DNA of 64,000 bases from the human T2T-CHM13v2.0 reference genome, Homo sapiens. The notes beneath the pieces were generated by a model. That model saw only the letters and a program-made list of their open reading frames with translations. It ran no database searches and was not told the origin of the DNA. Made by a program: the position numbers and the translations under genes. This document shows, piece by piece, positions 31,905 to 48,142 of this stretch. The DNA lies in the NCBI RefSeq assembly GCF_009914755.1, contig NC_060931.1; one strand, written 5' to 3'. Position 1 is the stretch's first letter, and the number at the start of each line of letters is the position of its first letter.

Positions 31905-34900
31905 TGATGAATTTCAAAATAATTACCCTTAAAGAAGCCAGACCAATAGAGAAATATTTATTATATAATTCTACTTATATACAGTTCTAGAAAGTGCAAT
32001 GAACCTGTAGTGACATAAAGCAGATCAATGTTACCTGGAAACAGGGTACAGTGAGAATTGGATTGTAAAGGGTCTGGTAGAAATGCTTGTTATCTTAGGT
32101 GTAGTGATGGTTTCATGGGAATATATAGGTCAGAAATCATCAAATTGTACAGTTTACATATCCAGGTCATTGTGAATCAAATGTCAATAAAATTTAAAAC
32201 GAAGATATAAATTAAATATTTTATTATTTTTTAGAATATTCAATTTGTAAGTTCAACTTTATCATAGAAAAGAGCTACATTTTTGTTGTTATTTATTTAT
32301 TTATTTGTATTATACTTTAAGTTCTAGGGTACATGTGCAGCACGTGCAGGTTTGTTACATAGGTATACATGTGCCATGGTGGTTTGCTGCACCCATCAAC
32401 CCGTCATCTACATTAGGTATTTCTCCTACTGCTATCCCTCCCCTAGCCACCAGCCCCCATCCTGTCCCCCAGACAGGCCCCTTCTTGTGTCCATGTGTTC
32501 TCATTGTTCAGCTCCCACTTATGAGTGAGAACATGTAGTGTTTGGTTTTCTGTTCTTGTGTTAGTTTGCTGAGAATGATGGTTTCCAGCTTCATCCATGT
32601 CCCTACAAATAACATGAACTCATCCTTTTCAAATAACATGAACTCAGCCATAGCTGCATAGTATTCCGTGGTGTATATGTGTCACATTTTCTTTATCCAG
32701 TCTGTCATTGCTGGGCATTTGGGTTGGTTCCAAGTCTTTGCTATTGTGAACAGTGCTGCAGTAAACATACGTGTGCATGTGTCTTTACAGTAGAATGATT
32801 TATAATCCTTTGGGTATATACCCAGTAATGGGATTGCTGAGTCAAATGGTATTTCTAGTTCTAGATCCTTGAGGAATCGCCGCACTGTCTTCCACAATGG
32901 TTGAACTAATTTACACTCCCACCAGTAGTGTAAAAGCATTCCTATTTCTCCACATCCTCTCCAGCATCTGTTGTTTCCTGACATTTTAATGATCGCCATT
33001 CTAACTGGTGTGAGATGGTGTCTCATTGTGGTTTTGATTTGCATTTCTCTAATGACCAGTGATGATGAGCATTTTTTCATGTTTGTTGGCCGCATAAATG
33101 TCTTCTTTTGAAAAGTGTTCATATTCTTTGCTCACTTTTTGATGGGGTTGGTTTTTTTTTTTTCTTGTAAATTTATTTAAGTTCTTTCTAGATTCTGGAT
33201 ATTAGCCCTTTGTCAGATGGATAGATTGCAAAAATTTTCTCCCATTCTGTAGGTTGCCTGTTCACTCTGATGATAGTTTCTTTTGCTTTGAAGAAGCTCT
33301 AGTTTAATTAGATCCCATTTGTCAATTTTGGCTTTTGTTGCCATTACTTTTGGTGTTTTAGTCATGAAGTCTTTGCCCATGCCTGTGTCCTGAATGGTAT
33401 TGCCTAGGGTTACTTCTAGGGTTTTTATGGTTTTAGGTCTTATGTTTAAGTCTTTAATCCATCTTGAGTTAATGTTTGTATAAGATGTAAGGAAGGGGTC
33501 CAGTTTCAGTTTTTTGCATATGGCTAGCCAGTTTTCCCAACACCATTTATTAAATAGGGAATCCTTTCCCCATTGGTTGTTTTTGTGAGGTTTGTCAAAG
33601 ATCAGATGGTTGTAGATGTGTGGTGTTATTTCCAAGGGCTCTGTTCTGTTCCGTTGGTCTATATCTCTGTTTTTGTACCAGTACCATGCTGTTTTGGTTA
33701 CTGTAGCCTTGTAGTGTAGTTTGAAGTTAGGTAGCGTGATGGCTCCAGCTTTGTTCTTTTTGCTTAGGATTGTCTTGGCTATGTGGGCTGTTTTTTGGTT
33801 CCATATGAAATTTAAAGTAGTTTTTTCCTAATTCTGTGAAGAAAGTCAATGGTAGCTTGATGGGAATCACACTGAATCTATAAATTACTTTGGGCAGTAT
33901 GGCCATTTTCACAATATTGATTCTTTCCTATCCATGAGCATGGAATGTTTTCCATTTGTGTGTGTCCTCTCTTATTTCCTTGAGCAGTGGTTTGTAGTTC
34001 TCCTTGAAGAGGTCCTTCACATCCCTTGTAAGTTATATTCCTAGGTATTTTATTCTCTTTGTAGCAATTGTGAATGGGAGTTCACTCATGACTTGCCTCT
34101 CTGTTTGTCTATTATTGATGTATAGGAATGCTTGTGATTTTTGCAACTTGATTTTTTTATCCTGAGACTTTGCTCAAGTTGCTTATCAGCTTAAGGAGAT
34201 TTGGGGCTGAGATGATGGAGTTTGTAAATATACAATATACAATTATGTCATCTGCAAATAGAGACAATTTGACTTCCTCTATTCCTATTTGAATATCCTT
34301 TATTTCTTTCTCTTGCCTGACTGCCCTGGCCAGAACTTCCAATACTATATTGAATAGTAGTGGTAAGAGAGGGCATCTTTGTCTTGTGCTGGTTTTCAAA
34401 GGGAATGCTTCCAGTTTTTGCCCATTCAGTATGATATTGGCTATGGGTTTGTCACAAATAGCTGGTCTTATTTTGAGATATGTGCCATCAATATCTAGTT
34501 TATTGAGAGTTTTTAGCATGAAGGGGTGTTGAATTTTATTGAAGGCCTTTTCTGCATCTATTGAGGTAATCATGTGGTTTTTTTCATTGGTTCTGTTTAT
34601 GTGATGGATTACATTTATTGATTTGTGTATGTTGAACCAGACTTGCATCTCAGGGATGAAGCCAACTTGATCGTGGTGGATAAGCTTTTTGATGTCCTGC
34701 TGGATTTGGTTTGCCAGTATTTTATTGAGGATTTTAGCATCAATGTTCATCAGGAATATTGGCCTGAAATTTTCTTTTTTGTTGTGTCTCTGCCAGGTTT
34801 TGGTATCAGGATGATGCTGGCCTCATAAAATGAGTTTAGGAGAATTCCCTCTTTTTCTATCGTTTGGAATAGTTTCAGAAGGAATGGTACCAGCTCCTCT

Positions 34901-35393
34901 TTGTACCTCTGGTAGAATTCGGCTGTGATTCTGTCTGGTCCTGGACTTTTTTTGGTTGGTAGGCTGTTAATTACTGCCTCAGTTTTAGAACTTGTTATTG
35001 GTCTATTCAGTGATTCGAATTCTTCCTTGTTTAGACTTGGGAGGGTGTATGTGTCGAGAAATTTATTCATTTCTTCTAGATTTTCTAGTTTATTTTTGTA
35101 GAGTTGTTTATAGTATTCTCTGATGGTAGTTTGTATTTCTTTGGGATCAGTGGTGATATCCCCTTTATCATTTTTAATTGCATCTATTTGATTCTTCTCT
35201 CTTTTCTTCTTTATTAGTCTGGCTAGCGGTCTATTTTGTTGATCTTTTCAAAAATGCAGCTCCTGGATTCATTGATTTTTTTGAATGGTTTTTCATGTCT
35301 CTATCTCCTTCAGTTCTGCTCTCATATTAGGTATTTCTCGTCTTCTGCTAGCTTTTGAATTATTTATTTGCCCGTTGCTTTTCTAGTTCTTTT

Positions 35394-35685
35394 TTTTGTT
35401 TGTTTGAGATGGAGTCTTGCTCTGTTGCCCAGGCTGGAGTGCAGTGGCGCGATCTTGGCTCACTGCAAGCTCTGCCTCCTGGTTTCACGCCATTCTCCTG
35501 CCTCCTTCCTGAGTAGCTGGGACTACAGGCACCCATCACCACACCTGGCTAATTCTTTTGTATTTTTATTAGAGTTGGAGTTTCACCGTGTTAGCCAGGA
35601 GGGTGTTAATCTCCTGACCCTGTGATCTGCCCGCCTTGGCCTCCCAAAGTGTTGGGATTACAGGCGTGAGCCACCATGCCCGGCC
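35394..35685 (-). mobile_element. AluY nested in L1 ORF2
   Basis: 'cactgcaagctc...tcacgccattctcc...ccgtgttagccagga'; TSD tt(t/c)tctagttctttt. Confidence 0.95.
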
Positions 35686-36904
35686 TTCTCTAGTTCTTTT
35701 AATTGTGATGTTAGGGTGTCGATTTTAGATCTTTCCTGCTTTCTCTTGTGGGCATTTAGTGCTATAAGTTTCTCTCGAAACACTGCTTTAGCCGTGTCCC
35801 AGAGATTCTGGTATGTTGTGTCTTTGTTTTCATTGGTTTCGAAGAAATGTTTTCTGCCCTAATTTCTTTGTTTACCCAGTAGTCCTTTAGTAGCACGTTG
35901 TTCAGTTTCCATGTAATTGTGTGGTTTTGAGTGAGTTTCTTAATCCTGAGTTCTAATTTGATTGCACTGTGATCTGAGAGACTGTTAAGATTTCCATTCT
36001 TTTCCATTTGCTGAGGAGTGTTTTACTTCCAATTATGTGGTCAATTTTAGAGTAAGTGTGATGTGGTGCTCAGAATGTATATTCTGTTGATTTGGGGTGG
36101 AGATTTCTGTAGATGTCTGTTAGGTCACTTGGACCAGAGCTCAGTTCAAGTCCTGAATATCCTTGTTAATTTTCTGCCTCCTTGAGGTGTCTGATATACA
36201 CAGTGGGGTGTTAAAATCTCCCACTATTATTGTGTGGGAGTCTAAATCTCTTTGTAGGTCTCTAAGAACTTGCTATATGAATCTGGGTGTTCCTGTAGTG
36301 GGTGCATGTATATTTAGGATAATTAGGTCTTCTTGTTGCGTTGATCCCTTTACCATTATATAATGCCTTTCTTTGTCTCATTTGATCTTTGTTGGTTTAA
36401 AGTCTGTTTTCTCTTAGAGTGGGATCGCAACCTCTGCTTTTTTTTTGTTTTCCATTTGCTTGGTAAATATTTCTTCATCCCTTTATTTTGAGCCTATGTG
36501 TATCTTAGCACATGAGATAGGTCTCCTGAATACAGCACACCGATAGGTTTTGAGCCTTTATCCAATTTGCCAGTCTGTGTCTTTTAATTGGGGCATTTAG
36601 ACCATTTACATTTAAGGTTAATATTGTTATGTGTGAATTTGATACTGTCATTATGATGCTAGCTGGTTATTTTGCCCATTAGTTGATGCAGTTTCTTCCT
36701 AGTGTCAATAGGCTTTGTAATTTGGTATGTTTTTGCAGTGGCTCGTATCGATTATTCCTTTCCAAGTTTAGTGCTTCCTTCAGGAGCTCTTGTAAGGCAG
36801 GCCTGGTTGTGAGAAAATCTCTCAGCCTTTGCTTGTCTGTGAAGGATTTTATTTCTCCTTTGCGTATGAAGCTTAGTTTGGCTGGGTATGAAATTCTGGG
36901 TTGA

Positions 36905-37197
<293 letters not shown>

Positions 37198-38748
37198 GAA
37201 AATTCTTTTCTTTAAGAATGTTGAATATTGGCCCCCACTCTCTTCTGGCTTGTAGGGTTTCTGCAGAGAGATTCACTGTTAGCCTGATGGGCTTGCCTTT
37301 GTGGGTAACCCGACATTTCTCTCTGGCTGCCCTTAACATTTTTTCCTTTATTTCAACCTTGGTGAATCTGACGATTATGTGTCTTGCAGTTGCTCTTCTT
37401 GAGGAGTAACTTTTTAGTATTCTCTGTATTTCCTGAATTTAAATGTTGGCCTGTCTTGCTAGGTTGGGCAAGTTCTCCTGGATAAAATCCTGAAGAGTGT
37501 TTTCCGACTTGGTTCCATTCCCCCTGTCACTTTCAGGTACACCAATCAACCATAGATTTGGTCTTTTCACATAGTCCCATATTTCTTGGAGGCTTTATTC
37601 ATTCCTTTTCATTCCTTTTTCTCTAATATTGTCTTCATGCTTTATTTCATTAAGTTGATCTTCAATCTCTTGATACCCTTTCTTCAGTTTGATCAATTTG
37701 GCTATTGATACTTGTGTATAATTCACGAAGTTCTTGGGCTTTGCTTTTCAGCTCCATCAGATCATTTATGTTCTTCTCTAAACTGGTTATTCTAGTTAGC
37801 AAATTCCTCTGTCCTTTTATCAAGGTTCTTAGCTTCCTTGCATTGGGTTAGAACATGTTCCTTTAGCTCAGAGGAGTTTGTTATTACCTGTCTTCTGAAG
37901 CCTATTTCTGTCAGTTTGTCAAACTCATTCTCCATTCAGTTTTGTTTTCTTGCTGGCAAGGAGTTGTGATCCTTTGGAGGAAGAGGCTTTCTGGTGTTTG
38001 GAATTTTCAGCCTTTTCATGCTGGTTTCTTCTGATCTTTGTGGATTTATTTACCTTTGGTTTTTGATGTTGGTGACCTTCAGATGGGGTTTCTGTGTGCA
38101 CATCCTTTTTGTTGATGTTGATGCTATTTGTTTCTGTTTGTTAGTTTTCCTTCTAACAGTTAGGCCTCTCTACTGCAGGTCTGCTGGAGTTTGCTGGAGG
38201 TCTACTCCAGACCCAGTTTACCTGGGTATCACCAGTGGAGGCTGCAGATCAGCAAAGATTGCTGCCTGTTCCTTGCTCTGGAAGCTTTGTCCTAGAGGGG
38301 CACCCTCCAGATGCCAGCCGGAGCTCTCCTGTGTGAGGTGTCTATTGGTCCCTGCTGTGAGGTGTTTCCCAGTCAGGAGACACAGGTGTCAGCGACCTAC
38401 TTGAGGAGGTGGTCTAGTCTGACCCTTAGTGGAACTCAAATACTGTGCTGGGAGATCTGCTGCTCTCTTCAGAGCTGGCAGGCAGGGACGTTTAAATCTG
38501 CTGAAGCTGCACCCACAGTTGCCCCTTCCCTGAGGTGCTCTGTCCCAGGGAGATGGGGGTTTTATTTATAAGCCTCTGACTGGGGTTGCTGCCTTTTTTT
38601 CAGAGATACCCTGCCCAGAATGTGGGAATCTGGAGAGGCAGTCTGGCTACAGTGGCTTTGCTGAGGTGTGGAAAGCTCTGCCCAGCTGGAACTTCCCCTC
38701 TGCTTTGTTTACACTGTGAGGGGAAAACCACGTACTCAAGCCTCAGCA

Positions 38749-38898
38749 ATGGCGGACACCCCTACCCCCACCAAGCTTGAGTGTCCCAGTTCGACTTCAG
38801 ACTGCTGTGCTGGTAGTGAGAATTTCAAGCCAGTGGATCTTAGCTTGCTGGACTCCATAGGGGTGGGATCTGCTGAGCTAGACCACTTGGCTCCCTGA
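38749..38898 (+). other. ORF0-homologous antisense ORF in the L1 5'UTR (49 aa)
   Basis: GCAATGG Kozak context; MADTPTPTKLECPSSTSDCCAGSE...DSIGVGSAE resembles L1HS ORF0 (MAGAPPPASLPPCSLISDCCASN...DSVGVGPSE); no evidence of expression. Confidence 0.55.
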
Positions 38899-39403
38899 CT
38901 TCAGCCCCCTTTCCAAGGGAGTGAATGGTTCTGTCTTGCTGGTGTTACAGGTGCCACCGGGGTATGAAAAAATACTCCTGCAGCTAGCTTGGTGTCTGCC
39001 TAAACAGCCACCCAGTTTTGTGCTTGAAACCCAGGGCCCTGGTGGCATAGGCACTGGAGGGAATCTCCTGGTCTAAAGGTTGCAAAGACCGTGGGAAAAG
39101 TGTAGTATCTGGGCCAGAATGCACCATTCCTCACAGCACAGTCCCTCACGGCTTCCCTTGGCTATGGGAGGGAGTTTTCTGACCTCTTGCACTTCCTGGG
39201 TGAGGTGATGCCCCACCCTGCTTCGGCTCGCCCCAAGTGGGCTGCACCCACTGTCTAACCAGTCCCCATGAGATGAGCTGTGTACCTCGGTTGGAAATGC
39301 AGAAATCACCCACGTTCTGCGTTGATCTAGCTGGGTGCTGCAGACCATAGCTGTTCCTATTCAGCTATCTTGCCAGCCTCTCTTGAAAAGAGCTACATTT
39401 TTA

Positions 39404-39756
39404 TAGTCATGTGTCACTTAGCGACGGGGATACGTTCTGAGAGATGCTTCAAGGTGATTTTGTTGTTGTGCAAACATCATGGACTTTATTTAAACCTAAA
39501 TGATATAGCCTGCTACACACCTAGGCTATATGGTTTAGTCTATTGCTCTTAGCAACAAACATGTGCAGCATGTTACTGTACTGAATACTGTTGGCAGTTG
39601 TATCACGATGGTAAGTATTTGTATAGTTTAATATATCTAAACATAGAAGAGGTACAGTAAAATTACTGTATGGTATTATAATCTTATGGGACCACCCTCA
39701 TTTTTGTGGTCTATTGTCAGCCAAAACCTCTTTATGCTGCATGCCTCATGTGACTG
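39404..39756. mobile_element. Tigger3a (MER7A) DNA transposon
   Basis: Ends 'tagtcatg...' and '...tgactg' flanked by TA; internal 'ctacacacctaggctatatgg', 'ataatcttatgggaccacc'. Confidence 0.88.
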
Positions 39757-42700
39757 TATTTGATTTATGTATTTTGTTTTTTTGTGCTGTGGCTTCATGA
39801 ATGACCTGCCTGTGTATTTACTTTTAGGTCCATTGAGTGACATATATTCGTTTTCAGGATAACATAAAATTATTTTCATTTTATTCAGCCTCACTTTTCT
39901 CAACCATAAATTTAGGGCTGTCTCATATCACCAAAGGTTCTTCTGTGACTAAAATTCTGTATTGTGATTATGGATAAATGAGTCTTTCAGGATTCAGAAT
40001 CACCTCAGAAGACAATACTGTAGAGAAATCAAGTATATTTAATCATACAACTCATGTGTAATCCTTTTAGAGAATATTTTGATGATTTTAGATCAATTTA
40101 GTAATGCAAAGTTGGACAAACAGAAAGCAGCTGCCCAAAGATGAAAACTCAGCCTAGAATAACTGATATTTCTAATCAGGGGTATAAATGAAATATGAGA
40201 AATATGAAATTTTCTTTCATAAAAATGAATTCATATTGCTTACTATATATTTGGAATTAGAATAGCAATCTCAAATGCTCTGCTGAAGGGAAATTTAAAA
40301 ATTAACACAACACATTTTATTAATATATTGTTCATGTAATTGCATATATTAACATGTAATCTAGGTAAGTTTTATTAGAAATCGTGTGATGGAATAAATA
40401 TTAGGTAACATTTTAGGGCTAGAGGAAATAATGTGTGTTCACTTGGCTGAATAGAATGTGGAGCATAAGTGGGGAAGTTTTTGAAAAAGTGCTTTTTATG
40501 AAGTTTAAAGTTCTTAGAATGTGCATATGTTTTACTCTATTATGCTTGTTACGTAAAGAACATCCTATTTAATACATACAAACAAATTCCATAGACAGAT
40601 GTTCCCTGGTGACAGAAATTAAACACCTACAGAAGTTGTTTGTAGCAGGGCTGCATTGACATAATAGCCCTCTTTGAGTGGAGCCTAAAGCAGGAAGATA
40701 GCTTAACTGATTGAACCTTGTGGTTTCACTCTTTAGACCTGCTTGGACAAACAAGGAGGTCAGTGTGAAAAGTCTATTTGCAGATTGGTCTCAGAAGAAA
40801 TTCTCAGAAGTGATTTTTTTTTAAAGCCAAGGAAAATAGAACTCCTGTTTTTGGTGCATATGTCACAGCTGAGCCTTTCTGTTTGAAGAGCTTCATTTAA
40901 TAATTTTTGCCTTTTGGAGTGTAGGTGCTAGACTATATCCTAGACACTGTAGCATTGATAAATGTTAACATACAGAGGCCGCGTATATTCTTTGCACCAA
41001 ATACTTTCCTTGTTCACACTGTTCTGTCACAAATCTTTTTCACAGGGTGAGGAAGTGTTTTATGGGAGGCCAAGCTACTTTTTAAAAGATGGTATGAAAA
41101 CATGAATTGAAATGTATTATTGTTATTGTTATTATTGTTGTGTAGTAAGTCCTAACTTAATGGAAATTTTTGTGTTCTGGAACTGTAAGCAAGTTTTGAG
41201 TCCATTGGAAGTAGACCAGATTTTGATTTATAAAAAATATTTGGAAAAACAATTAGAGAAATTGTGATTGAGATAATTGATTCCAGGCAATAGCTTATGA
41301 TGTTAAAATTCTGTGCAATTACATAGAATGTATATTAAAATATTGCTCAACTGTTTAACCATCAGTGAATGAAGGGAGCCCAGAAGGTCTGTTTAGTCTT
41401 AAGTAATTACAGAAGACAACTTGTGTGTTGTAAAGTGATTTTTCCACTTAATAACTTTGGTAAAGAACTATTAGGGATAGGAGACTTATATCATGCTACT
41501 GCTGGAATTATTGTAATTAATTTTTAAATGGGAATTTTATCTAATAAATCCCAGGGAAGAAAATTTTATTTTGAAGCATGTCTTTCCTATCACACTCATT
41601 ATTGGCTTTTTGGAAAATTATTTTAGACATGTGTTTGATTTCATATTTCTGATGCATATCTTAGTGAATCAAAACTGACATACATTGCCGTTTTAGTTGG
41701 CATTTACTTTACTAAATGATTGGTACATTTACTAAGTTTACATGTTATTGTTTTAAAGCGACAGCAGGCTTAACTTGAGCATCATGGCTGTTGCAGGTAC
41801 TAGGGCTCTCGCCTTTGCAGTAGGATGAATATGGTAATGACAGTGCAAGAGAGATTCCAAAGACGTATATCTCATCGCTAACTCTATTTTAGCCCTTTGA
41901 GCTCGTCCTTTAGTTAGAATTTTAAGTTTCTCTAGGGTACTTCTTAGGCTTCTTTTGCTGTGCACAGTGCCCTCTCTTAATTAACAGCAGAGTAATATTG
42001 GGCAAATGTCTGAGAGCATCAATATCCTCATCTGTGAAATAGTGTTAATAACATATATCACAGTGTAGCTGGTCAGATCCAAATGAGAAATATTTAGAAA
42101 GATTTTTAATAAGTAAACAAGTGTTTAGTAAAACACTTTTTAAAAACATCTTTCAAATGTTATCTTAGTTCACTTTAATTAGCAAGTTGAATCAAACTGA
42201 CAGTCTCTTTGGCATTTGGTGGTGTTCTAGATAGCCAGTAGTTACTATTCCGTTAAGTTCCTCTGAGACTGTAGAGAAAAACTGTACATTTTGATATGTT
42301 TTGTTGAAAAACATTTTTGTAATCTTTTAATTTTTTTTTTAATTTTGCACAGATTGAGATCAGGGAAAGAGACTGACATATACTTTTAGATGTCTGATTT
42401 CCTAGAGGCAAATATTTTGGACTGAGTTTTCCTGTCCAAGTGTTAGCTCTGAAGTTCTTACCATTATAATGACAACAAAGAAAAAAGAGGTGGTAACCCC
42501 AAAAAGAACAGGGAGCAACGTTGCCTACCTACATGCATAAAGCTGCCAGTAATTTGATCGACTCAACCAAAGAGATAGAAAAATTTGAAGTCAGATCCAC
42601 TAAATCTCTTACTCTTCCTTTAGAAGGCATAAAGTATATTTCACCCACATAGCGTTTACCCAAGGGTGATATTCCAAATATTTAACAACCTATGTGGCAT

Positions 42701-43306
42701 AGGCACCAAGGATTCAGGACTGGAACAGCATACTGGGCCTGCCCTTTCCTCCTGGGGTTTCGCTCTTTAGTTGTGGAGTTGTGGGGAATATAGGGCAGGT
42801 GGCTTATTCAGGGATTCTGGGAGAGGAGACTGGGAACCTCGTGTGGGAAAGGGGTAGTTGGGCCCTCTATTAAACAGCAGCTGATGGCCAAGTAGGGCAG
42901 AAACCCATGTGTGACTATTGAATATCAACCTTGCGTTTACCTGAATGTGTCTACCCAAAACTGGATTCATAATACTGGTTTTCAATTTTGTCTTATGGAA
43001 ACTTGTTCTTCCTTTTGTTTACTTTAATCAGTTGTAGGAGATAGTTGAAGGAATAACTTAATATAACATTTAATTCCTAACGTTGGCAGCTGAATGTATA
43101 ACTTAGATGTAACATTAAATTTCTAACATTTTTAGGAAGGTATACAGAAAGCGTTACCTCTAATAAGTAAAAATATAAGTTCTGGGAAAATTATTTAAAG
43201 AAACCCTATTTGGAATCCTTTCATAAAGTGATAATTTTAATTTATCTTGGGCATAATATTGGATCTTTAATAAAATCTTTGCTGTAAAATCAGTATTATA
43301 GAAACT

Positions 43307-43618
43307 GGCTAGGCACAGTGGCTAATGCCTGTAATCCGAGTACTTTAGGAGTTTCAGGTGGGTGGGATCACCTTAGGTCAGGAGTTCAAGACCAGCCTGA
43401 CCAACATGGTGAAATGCCGTTTCTACTAAAAATATCAAAATTAACTAGGCCTGATGGTGTACACCTGTAATCCCAGGTACTCAGGAGGCTGAGGCAGACG
43501 AATCACTTGAACCTGGGAGGCGGAGGCTGCAGTGAGCTAAGATTGCATCACTGCACTGCAGCCTGGGCAAGAGAGTGAGATTTGGTGATTCAGTTTCAAA
43601 AAAAAAAAAAAAAGAAAA
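43307..43618 (+). mobile_element. AluS
   Basis: Full Alu with A tail; imperfect TSD. Confidence 0.93.
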
Positions 43619-44574
43619 GTCAATATAGAACCTTAAATAGTATATAGTTTTTGAAGGACTAATTCATATGTAATTATGGAAATGGGAAGATAACCTTAAA
43701 TTATTTCAACTAGACTGGTCCAAGTCATCTGTAGTCAGTCAGTCAGTCACTCAGCTAGTAAATGCCTGAGGCAAAACCTCGGATTTCTGTTTCCTATTAT
43801 TTCTACTGTACCCTATCTGTATTCAGAAGTGATGGTCTATTTTATAATCTGTCTGCTTCAAATCACTTTGGCAACCATTATGATATATAGCCTTTTGAGA
43901 TATGTAGCATGGATTTTATTGTTTCTGTTTGAAATTTGGGGAAACTGAGTCCCAGAATTTCCTGGTTTTAGGTCTTATTTCACTTGTCATGCTGGTGGAT
44001 GTCAAAGATGCAGTTTATCACCATTCCTGTGTAGCTAGCCAAAGGTATCCATCCGTGCTTCTCTTGGTTGCATAAAATTATGGTGAGAGTTAGTAGATGG
44101 TGCAGGTTCATGGACGATTTCTCAAAATGCATTTTATGAAAACATGTCACAGAGAGAGAAAACTTGATACTTGTGTTTTTACTAAGACATAATCTTTTTT
44201 TTTTTAAATTGAATGAGAAACTGAGATCTAGAGGAGCAAGCTCACTATTCAGGAAGATTTACTCATCAAACTAAGGGTAGGAATAGTAAAACTAATTGAA
44301 TCATTTCCCCCAAATCTACCCTTATCTAAAGCTTATTTCTTCAGCTTTAGCTGGTCAATTTCTAGACCAATGCCCCCACTTCCCTGTAACCTTCTCTGGC
44401 AAAAGCAATATATCTTATTATATTCTACCCCACAATGGTGAGTCTGACTCTAGAACAACAAAATGGGGAAAATCTGAATCTAGAAGTTCCATTTTTCAGG
44501 AGAATCTTTATTTTGGGCTATATAGCCTGTGTTGTCTGGAAAATTGTCACTGAGTTCTTTTAGTACAATTAAGA

Positions 44575-46230
<1,656 letters not shown>

Positions 46231-46262
46231 TAAATTTCTCACACATCGTGTTTTGTCCTTTG

Positions 46263-46485
46263 TTTCTTTTTTGAGACTACAACCTCTGCCTCCCAGGTTC
46301 AGGTGATTCTCATGCCTCAGCCTCCCGAATAGCTGGAATTACAGCCAGCTAATTTTCACATTTTTAGTAGACACAGGGTTTCACCACGTTGGTCCAGCTG
46401 GTCTCGAACTCCTGACTTCAATTGGTCTGCCAGCCTCAGCCTCCCAAAGTGCAGGGATTACAGGCATGAGCCACCACACCCGGTC
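46263..46485 (-). mobile_element. AluS with two internal deletions
   Basis: TSD gt(g/a)ttttgtcctttg at 46248-46262 and 46486-46500. Confidence 0.9.
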
Positions 46486-46689
46486 GTATTTTGTCCTTTG
46501 AACTCTAAAAGTTTATGGTATTTGAGTCTACAAATACAGTAGTGCTGCATTTACCAATTATTTGTACATTTGTATCAATTATTCAGAATTATGGAATATT
46601 CTAGTTTGAGAAGTAAGAGATACTTGATTTTATAGTGTTAATAGCAAGAAAAAATGCTTTACTTTCTTGCCTATATTTTTGTTTAATCT

Positions 46690-46858
46690 TTTTAACAACC
46701 TTAAGAGTAGAGCATTATGATTTCTGTTCTATAGCAGATGAGACCTAAATGCAGGGATGTTAATTAATTTGCACAATATCACAGGGCTAGAAAGTTGTGA
46801 GTACCATGATCTGAACCAGGCTGTGTTTAACACCAACATCCATGATGTTTTCACTATA
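46690..46858 (-). mobile_element. MIR
   Basis: 'cagatgagacc...gttaattaatttgcacaatatcacagggctagaaagt...gatctgaaccagg'. Confidence 0.6.
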
Positions 46859-48142
46859 ATATTTTGCCACATATCAATAACTCCTGAGCTCAGTGCAGTA
46901 TTTCAGCATGGGGATGGTAATTGATTATGATAATGAGAAATCTGAAGCATCAAAAGACTAATTAATATTCAGTTTATTCTGTTTTATTAGGCGTAAAAGA
47001 GGGTACTACATTTTTCAGATTTCTATTCAAAACATTAAAATCAAAGTTTAAGCCTGCTGAGCTTCAATTAATGATTCAAATTAATTAAAAATATTTTTCC
47101 TATAGTAAAGAGAACATATAATGCATGAATGTAGTACTCATTAATGCTATATATTTGTTAAAATAGAAAAATGTTTTATATTTAAATACTCCACATTGTA
47201 CATAGAGCCCAATTTTTTAGCATAGGAAAAAATGTGAAATTTTAGCTTATATTTATATATCTTTTCTCCTTCTGTCAGTGACTGCCACCTTGCCAAATCT
47301 GTGGGAGTTTTATGATCTGTTATCCTCTGAGATCTGTGGATTCATTTAACATTTTGCTGTGATTTTATTGGTTTTGGAATCAAGAACCAAAATCTGAATA
47401 TAGTTCACTATTCATATAACAAGATTTAAGGATGTTTAGTTTTTAAAAGTTCTTTTGGTCCATATTAGATTTATTTCTGTTTGACTAATAAGTAGATGGA
47501 GGAAAAAGAATCAAACACTGCATATGGTTTCTGGAGGTATGTTTTAATAACAAAATCAAGTCTGGTCAATGAAAGCTTTCAGAAAATGGTTTTATAAAAA
47601 AACCTTGCATTCTTTTTAGATCAAGAGCAGTTTTCCCCCAAACCTTAATGTCAGTCGTACGATTTTCTTCTTCTTATTTTCTGTTCTCCATTTTTGCTTA
47701 TTTGTTGAAAACATTTTTTAGCTATGTGGAGACTTGCCTGAATGCTGTCTCCTATTTAGGTAGAGGCCAATAAGATGATAGCTGGAAAAGCTTCGATTGT
47801 CTATCATGAAGACCAGGATGGAATAAAAGAAAAATAAGTAATGCAGTTGTGATATTCTGCAGTATACTTCGGCTCTCTTAATAAGATCATGCTGTAAGCA
47901 GTGTCTTTTAACTGAAGCTTGCAACCTGTTGGTGGGTCATGAAGTAGATTTTAAACATTGCAATTAGCATTTTATTTAATGAATAGACATAGAATAGCAT
48001 GGAAATTTAAGAGTGACTATAGACTTAAGAGAATTGTAAATAGGACAAGTAAAATAGAAAAATTAATGTATCACACATAAAAAGGGGATTTTCATGAAAC
48101 TTTAGTATTAGTTCCACAGACACACAGATACATCAAATAGCG

